Source of the DNA: Microbacterium sp.
GTDB taxonomy: Bacteria > Actinomycetota > Actinomycetes > Actinomycetales > Microbacteriaceae
NCBI RefSeq assembly: GCF_036277215.1
Contig: NZ_DASUNI010000344.1
Coordinates: 2,031-66,030 of the forward strand
DNA: 64,000 bases
Direction: 5' to 3'
Shown here: positions 59,121 to 64,000 of the stretch, piece after piece
Numbering within the stretch: position 1 is the stretch's first letter
Layout of the letters: the number at the start of each line of letters is the position of its first letter
Made by a program: the position numbers and the translations under genes
Notes under the pieces: generated by a model
Told to the model about the DNA's origin: nothing
Database searches by the model: none
The model's input: the letters and a program-made list of their open reading frames with translations, nothing else

Positions 59121-59699
59121 CTACTGCGGCTGAAGCCCCAGGTCGTCGAGGTCGATCGCGGCGAGCCACTCCAGGCCCTCGGCTTCGACGGCGGCCTGCG
59201 CTCCGGTGCGACGATCGACGATGACCGCGACCGCGACGGGCTCGGCGCCCTCGCGACGCAGCGCCTCGACCGCCTTCAGCGCGGACTGCCCCGTGGTCGA
59301 GGTGTCTTCGACGACGACGACGCGCTTGCCCGCGACCTCCGCGCCCTCGACCTGGCGGCCGCGGCCGTGGTCCTTCGGCTCCTTGCGCACGACGAACGCG
59401 TCCAGCGGCGCGTCGGTGCGCGCGGACTCGTGCATCACCGCGTTCGCGATCGGGTCGGCCCCGAGCGTCAGGCCGCCGACCGCGACGATCCCGTCGACGT
59501 CGCGGATCAGATCCCGCATGATGCGCCCGATCGCGGGCGCGGCGCGGTGGTCCAGTGTCAGCTTGCGCATGTCGACGTAGTACGTGGCCTTCTTGCCGCT
59601 GGACAGGGTGAAGTCGCCGTGGAAGACCGCCTCGTCCTTGATGAGCGCGATCAGCGCCTGACGGTCGGCTTCGAGTTCTGGCGTGCTGGCGGCGGTCAT
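59121..59699 (-). CDS. pyrE: Orotate phosphoribosyltransferase
   Basis: PRPP-binding motif VVVVEDTSTTGQS. 192 aa with the typical PyrE layout. Confidence 0.9.
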   Translation of the reverse strand: MTAASTPELEADRQALIALIKDEAVFHGDFTLSSGKKATYYVDMRKLTLDHRAAPAIGRIMRDLIRDVDGIVAVGGLTLGADPIANAVMHESARTDAPLDAFVVRKEPKDHGRGRQVEGAEVAGKRVVVVEDTSTTGQSALKAVEALRREGAEPVAVAVIVDRRTGAQAAVEAEGLEWLAAIDLDDLGLQPQ

Positions 59700-59747
59700 C
59701 CCCCGAGTTTACGGAAGCGCGCGGAGCACGCCGGATAGCCTCGACGG

Positions 59748-60503
59748 GTGGAGCATCTGCCGGGCGGTTCGGGGGGCGTGTGGCGCGACGACGACCTCGA
59801 GCTCGGGCCGAGGGTGCACCGCCCGACCGGGCCGTGGACGCCGGCCGTGCACGACCTGCTCGACCACCTGACGGATGCCGGACTCGACGGCGTCCCGCGC
59901 CCCCTCGGCTTCGACTCCGATGGACGGGAAGTTCTCACTTACCTCCCCGGGCAGACCGTGGACGTCAACACGGACACCGCCCCGGATGCGGTGCTCGCCG
60001 CAGCCGCGCAATGGCTGCGCCGCTTCCACGATGCCGTCCGCGCCTACGACCCGGGCCCGCGCACCTGGCGGCAGACGGGCGCAGCGCTCGAGGCCGGGCA
60101 GCTGATCTGCCACAACGACACGGGGGCGTACAACTGGATCGTCGACGGCGACCGGTTCGCCGGCATGATCGACTGGGACCAGGCGGGGCCCGGACTGCCG
60201 CTCGACGACCTCGCCTTCCTCTGCTGGAGCGGGGTTCCGCTGTTTCGGGAGATACCGGCAGCGGATGCCGCGCGTCGAGTGGCCCTTGCGGCCGACGCGT
60301 ACGGCGGGGTCGATCCGAGGCACCTGCTGGACGCCGTCGCAGACCGCATGCAGCGCGCCTCGGACCGCATCGCGGCAGGCATCCGGCGCGGCGATCCCGG
60401 GATGCTGTCGCTCCAAGCCGTCGGTGAGCCCGCGCGGACGCGCAGGCGTGTCGACGCCTTCGCGGCGCGCTTGCCCGCGCTGCACGCAGCCCTCGGAATA
60501 TGA
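59748..60503 (+). CDS. Aminoglycoside/choline-kinase-like phosphotransferase family protein
   Basis: Catalytic loop LICHNDTGAYNWIV and the MIDWDQAGPG motif. Confidence 0.75.
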   Translation: MEHLPGGSGGVWRDDDLELGPRVHRPTGPWTPAVHDLLDHLTDAGLDGVPRPLGFDSDGREVLTYLPGQTVDVNTDTAPDAVLAAAAQWLRRFHDAVRAYDPGPRTWRQTGAALEAGQLICHNDTGAYNWIVDGDRFAGMIDWDQAGPGLPLDDLAFLCWSGVPLFREIPAADAARRVALAADAYGGVDPRHLLDAVADRMQRASDRIAAGIRRGDPGMLSLQAVGEPARTRRRVDAFAARLPALHAALGI

Positions 60504-60548
60504 AGCGGCCGGGCAGCTCCTGCCGCCCGGCCGCTCGAGTCCGCCGCC

Positions 60549-61364
60549 CTACGGCAGCTGATCGCCGAATGTCCCGTAGAGCCAATCCAGGTCATCCGCG
60601 CGGTCGACGCGGTACACCCCGCCGGTTCCGGCGCACGTGCTGTTCTTGCCGAACGAGGTGACACCCGCGATCACGGTGGACGTGCCGATGAAGTTGGGCC
60701 CGCCCGAGTCGCCCGAGCACGTGCCGCCGGTGTGCGCGTTGTTCGAGAGGATCAGCGATCCGTCGCCGGTGTATCCCGTGTTGATCGAGATCAGCTTCGG
60801 AGTCGAGACCATGCGTGTCTTCAGCGCGCTGTCCTTCCACGCGGCCGCGTCGGGGAAGCTCTTCTGCAGGCCGTAGCCGACCGGCGTGAAGGTCGCGTCC
60901 TTCTTGCTGCTCTTGGTGAAGGAGTCCAGCAGATTCAGCGTCGGGAGCGTCCCGTAGGTCGGCAGGTCCACGGCCTCGGCCTCGTCGAGCTCGACGACAC
61001 CGAGGTCGTGGAGGTAGAACGCCGCGTCGTCGTACTCGGGATGCGTGTACGGGGTCCCGGTCACCTCGCCGGTGTACGGGTAGTCGTAGGCCGACGGGTC
61101 GGGCTCGAGGTCGCTTTCGAACCAGATCTCGACGCTGTCCGCACCGTAGGTGCAGTGGCCGGCGGTCAAGAAGATCGTCGGCGAGATGAGCGTTCCGCTG
61201 CATCTCCAGAGCGGGTTGCCTTCCTCATCCTGGGCGACCATCAAGCCGACGTAGGGATGATCCTCTCCGTCCGGGACGCCGTCCGTGATGGCCGACGCCG
61301 GCGGCGCCGTGAGTCCGATCAGGGCGAGGGCGGCGAGGGCGGTGGTGAGCGCTTTGTGGCGCAT
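60549..61364 (-). CDS. Secreted trypsin-like (S1) serine protease
   Basis: Signal peptide, TAGHC (His), and GTCSGDSGGP (Ser) motifs. Confidence 0.85.
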   Translation of the reverse strand: MRHKALTTALAALALIGLTAPPASAITDGVPDGEDHPYVGLMVAQDEEGNPLWRCSGTLISPTIFLTAGHCTYGADSVEIWFESDLEPDPSAYDYPYTGEVTGTPYTHPEYDDAAFYLHDLGVVELDEAEAVDLPTYGTLPTLNLLDSFTKSSKKDATFTPVGYGLQKSFPDAAAWKDSALKTRMVSTPKLISINTGYTGDGSLILSNNAHTGGTCSGDSGGPNFIGTSTVIAGVTSFGKNSTCAGTGGVYRVDRADDLDWLYGTFGDQLP

Positions 61365-61492
61365 GGGGGGACCCCTTTCTGTGGGTTGCTCGCGAGGATG
61401 GCAGAGCGGGGCATGCGCGGCAAGCGCTTGACGACCACCCCTTCGCCACGTATGCCGCTGCGGCGTCCGATGCCCGCCGTAGGCTTGTCGCC

Positions 61493-62338
61493 ATGCGGCT
61501 TGCCACGTGGAACGTCAACTCCGTCCGTGCCCGAACCGAGCGCGTCGTCGACTTCGCCGTTCGGGAATCCATCGACGTGCTGGCGATGCAGGAAATCAAG
61601 TGCAAGGCCGAGCAGTTCCCTTACGAGCAGTTCGAGGACGCCGGTTTCCACGTCGAGGCGCACGGCTTCTCGCAGTGGAACGGCGTGGCGATCGCGAGCC
61701 GGGAGCCTCTCACCGACGTGGCATATGCCTTTCCCGGCATGCCTGCGTTCGGGACGGACGAGGCGGGCGCCGCTGCCCCGCACGAGGCCCGGGCGATCGG
61801 CGCCACGGTGGGCGGCATCCGCGTCTGGAGTCTGTACGTGCCCAACGGACGGTCGCTGGGCGATCCGCACTACTACTACAAGCTCGACTGGCTCAGCGCG
61901 CTGCGCGAGTACACGACCGATGCGCTGCAGAACGACCCGGATCTCGCGCTCGCCCTGGTCGGCGACTTCAACATCGCGCCGACGGATGCCGACAACGGCG
62001 ACCCCGCCGTGGTGCCCGGCTTCTCGACCCACGTGTCCCCTCCCGAGCGCGAGGCGTTCGCGGCGCTCGAGGAGGCGGGCCTGACGGACGTCGTACGCCC
62101 GCTGGTGCCGACCGGATTCACGTACTGGGATTACAAGCGGCTGCGCTTTCCGCGCAATGAGGGCATGCGCATCGACTTCATCCTCGGCTCGCACGCCTTC
62201 GCAGGCGCCGTCGCGGGCGCGACCATCCATCGGAACGAGCGCAAGGGCAAGCTGCCGAGCGACCACGTGCCCGTCGTGGTCGACCTGGATCTCGAATCCC
62301 CCGACGAGGACGACGATCGCCCGATGATCTTCGGCTGA
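61493..62338 (+). CDS. xthA: Exodeoxyribonuclease III
   Basis: MRLATWNVNS...LAMQE...GDFNIAP...SDHVPV motifs of the ExoIII/AP endonuclease family. Confidence 0.9.
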   Translation: MRLATWNVNSVRARTERVVDFAVRESIDVLAMQEIKCKAEQFPYEQFEDAGFHVEAHGFSQWNGVAIASREPLTDVAYAFPGMPAFGTDEAGAAAPHEARAIGATVGGIRVWSLYVPNGRSLGDPHYYYKLDWLSALREYTTDALQNDPDLALALVGDFNIAPTDADNGDPAVVPGFSTHVSPPEREAFAALEEAGLTDVVRPLVPTGFTYWDYKRLRFPRNEGMRIDFILGSHAFAGAVAGATIHRNERKGKLPSDHVPVVVDLDLESPDEDDDRPMIFG

Positions 62339-62441
62339 GCCGTCGGCTGCCGCCACTATCGGCGCGGACGCGCACTCCGATACTGTGTGGCGAACCGGCG
62401 CGACCGCGTGGCGGACCCGAAGCTGTCAGAGAGGCTCCGTC

Positions 62442-62810
62442 ATGGCCGGTGCTCGCCCAGGAGGGGTCACCCTCGTCGCCGTTCTCGCCTGGATCTCCGG
62501 GGCCGTCAACATCATCGCCGGCGGCCTCCTGATCTTCGCGGCGATCATGGCACCCGATGCCCTGTGGTTCGGACTGGTCCAGTTCATCCTCGGCATCATC
62601 ACGATCGTCGTGAGCATCGGCCTGCTCCGCGGCAGCAGCGGCGCGCGCCTCGTGGTGACGATCGTCTTCGTGCTGAACCTGATCTCGGCGCTGGTCGTGA
62701 TCTTCTTCCAGCAGGCCCAGGTGTGGTCGGGCATCGTGTCGGGCGTGGTCGTGCTGATCGGCCTGGTCCTGCTGTGGACTCCCCGGGCGAATGAGTTCTT
62801 CCGTCGCTGA
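62442..62810 (+). CDS. Small integral membrane protein (4 predicted TM helices), family not recognised
   Basis: The ATG at 62442 has GAGAGG upstream. Strongly hydrophobic 122-aa product. Confidence 0.6.
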   Translation: MAGARPGGVTLVAVLAWISGAVNIIAGGLLIFAAIMAPDALWFGLVQFILGIITIVVSIGLLRGSSGARLVVTIVFVLNLISALVVIFFQQAQVWSGIVSGVVVLIGLVLLWTPRANEFFRR

Positions 62811-62822
62811 GCGACGTCCTCG

Positions 62823-63017
62823 TCAGTCCGATGCCCGGTCGTCGCTCGACATGTCCCCCGTGGCGGGCTCCCCTTCAGCCGGACCGTAGCGCAGCAGCAC
62901 CGCGCCCTGCGGCGAGCTGACCGCGGGCGCCAGCAGCCTCAGGTTGCGGGGCGCGGATCCGTCGGGGAACACCTTCTTGCCCTCCCCGAGCACGATCGGA
63001 TAGACCCACAGCGTCTC
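62823..63017 (-). pseudogene. C-terminal remnant of a dihydrofolate-reductase-like (RibD C-terminal domain) gene
   Basis: My own translation gives ETLWVYPIVLGEGKKVFPDGSAPRNLRLLAPAVSSPQGAVLLRYGP.... This matches the conserved C-terminus of the family, but there is no start codon or N-terminal two thirds. Confidence 0.5.
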
Positions 63018-63590
63018 TCAGACGTAGCGGTCGATCAGGACGCGGAACGAGTCGAGGAACTCCTGCAGGAACTCCCCCGTGCCGGCGTCGCTGACGTTCC
63101 CGTGCCCGTCGATGAGCCCTTCCTTGTAGCGGATGTACGCTTCCGGCTGCCCCAGCACCGCCGCGCCCTGAGAGGTGAGGATCGACTTGAGGTGCGACTG
63201 GCCGACCGCGGTCGAGACGACACCCTTCGTCATTCCGATGACGGCCGTGGGCTTGTCCGGGAACGAGCTCTTGCCTTTCGGTCGCGACAGCCAGTCGATC
63301 GCGTTCTTGAGGACACCGGTGACCGACCTGTTGTACTCGGGCGAGATCAGGAGCAGGCCGTCGGCATCATCGACGGCCGTCTTGAACTCGCGCCCGACCT
63401 CCGGGTAGGTGGACTCCGATGCCATGTGCGATCCGAAGAACGGCAGGTGGTCGATGCGCACCTCCGCGAGTTCCAGCCCGGCACGGGGGCCGAGTGCGGT
63501 CAGCGCATCGCCGAGGCGGCGGTTGAGGGAGGGCTGAGACGCACTGCCCACGATCAGTGCGACGGTGCGGTGCTCGGAATAGTCGGGCAT
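63018..63590 (-). CDS. NADPH-dependent FMN reductase family protein
   Basis: ALIVGSASQPSLNRRL and LLISPEYNRSVTGVLKNAIDW motifs. ATG at 63590. Confidence 0.8.
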   Translation of the reverse strand: MPDYSEHRTVALIVGSASQPSLNRRLGDALTALGPRAGLELAEVRIDHLPFFGSHMASESTYPEVGREFKTAVDDADGLLLISPEYNRSVTGVLKNAIDWLSRPKGKSSFPDKPTAVIGMTKGVVSTAVGQSHLKSILTSQGAAVLGQPEAYIRYKEGLIDGHGNVSDAGTGEFLQEFLDSFRVLIDRYV

Positions 63591-63754
63591 GGGGGTCCTC
63601 TCGTGTGGCGGCATCCGATTCATCGTCGGACGGATGCCGCTCCCGATCATCCCCTTGCGCGGCGCTCGCACGACCGATAACGCCTGGGCGGGTCCGCGCT
63701 CGACTCCGCCGCGCGGGGGATGCCCGACTTCGCGCTCAGCCGTAGCGTGGATCC

Positions 63755-64000
63755 ATGTCCGAGTCGATACCTGCTCTCCCGCATCGGCGCCCGCGTCCGA
63801 CGGCGCGCGAACTGCGCTCCGACGCCGTCCTTGCCGGCGCGCTCCTCCTGGGCGCGATCCTGAGTGCGGCGCTCGGCTCTGTCGCCGGTGTGTACGGCGA
63901 AGACACCGCGGATCTGACGTGGGCGCTCCTGTACGCCGTCGCGCTCACCGCGCCGCTCGCGGTGCGCCGGCGCTTCCCCGAGGTCGTCGCGGTGCTGGTG
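63755..64000 (+). CDS. Membrane sensor protein, probably the N-terminus of a two-component histidine kinase (partial, runs off the window)
   Basis: Open frame from the ATG at 63755. TM helices and an APLAVRRRFPEVVAVLV segment typical of actinobacterial sensor-kinase N-termini. No catalytic domain is visible. Confidence 0.35.
   Translation, partial: MSESIPALPHRRPRPTARELRSDAVLAGALLLGAILSAALGSVAGVYGEDTADLTWALLYAVALTAPLAVRRRFPEVVAVLV

Noticed and set aside
63000-63040. Idea that the TGA at 63018-63020 is read through or recoded to fuse the FMN reductase to the DHFR-like segment (LIDRYV-stop-ETLWVYPIVLG)
   Set aside because: The spacing does not fit the conserved LxDE..L...P.VLG block of RibD_C proteins. 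The FMN reductase looks complete, and a shared frame has a one-in-three chance expectation. It is treated as a gene remnant instead.

Overview
This is a GC-rich window with actinobacterial features: many GTG starts, ATGA/GTGA-coupled genes, lipobox lipoproteins, and dodecin and DtxR-type genes. The taxon is an inference. I support about 64 protein-coding genes. Reading by eye, I found no rRNA, tRNA, CRISPR array, transposase or integrase.

Positions 1 to about 48.8 kb form a dense catabolic super-island carrying at least 10 transcription factors (3 GntR/FCD, 2 IclR, LysR, PaaX, PadR). It contains:
- Three paralogous tetrahydrofolate-dependent aryl O-demethylases of LigM type.
- A gallate-type lower pathway (PIG-L hydratase, RraA-like aldolase, PrpF-like tautomerase) joined to a type I (VOC) extradiol dioxygenase.
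- A C1-recycling module, metF-purU-ligM-padR.
- A Dpp/Opp-type ABC importer translationally coupled to a Gfo/Idh/MocA oxidoreductase and a CX5R phosphatase.
- A seven-gene operon built on a split Tm-1-like module (a UPF0261 ATP-binding protein plus two PEP-hydrolase-like TIM barrels) with a cupin, two aldo/keto reductases and a GMC oxidoreductase. This operon has no function I can assign.
- An Ldh_2 / Fe-ADH / ALDH / orphan-SBP operon.
- A NitT/TauT-type ABC operon ending in a PaaX-like regulator.

Two regulatory signals tie these units together:
- The exact 11-mer TTGTTGACAAT sits in four promoter regions.
- A GACAT/ATGTC inverted repeat is embedded identically in two promoters of the O-demethylase system.

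Positions 48.9-64 kb are mostly housekeeping: M13 peptidase, MATE, TrmH, mntH with a DtxR-family regulator and tandem palindromic boxes, pyrE, xthA and others. They also hold a dihydrofolate-reductase-like gene remnant and several GC-rich palindromic intergenic elements.

Many long ORFs in the supplied track are antisense or out-of-frame artefacts of high GC content and are rejected. All functional calls rest on by-eye motif and family recognition. No database search was run.
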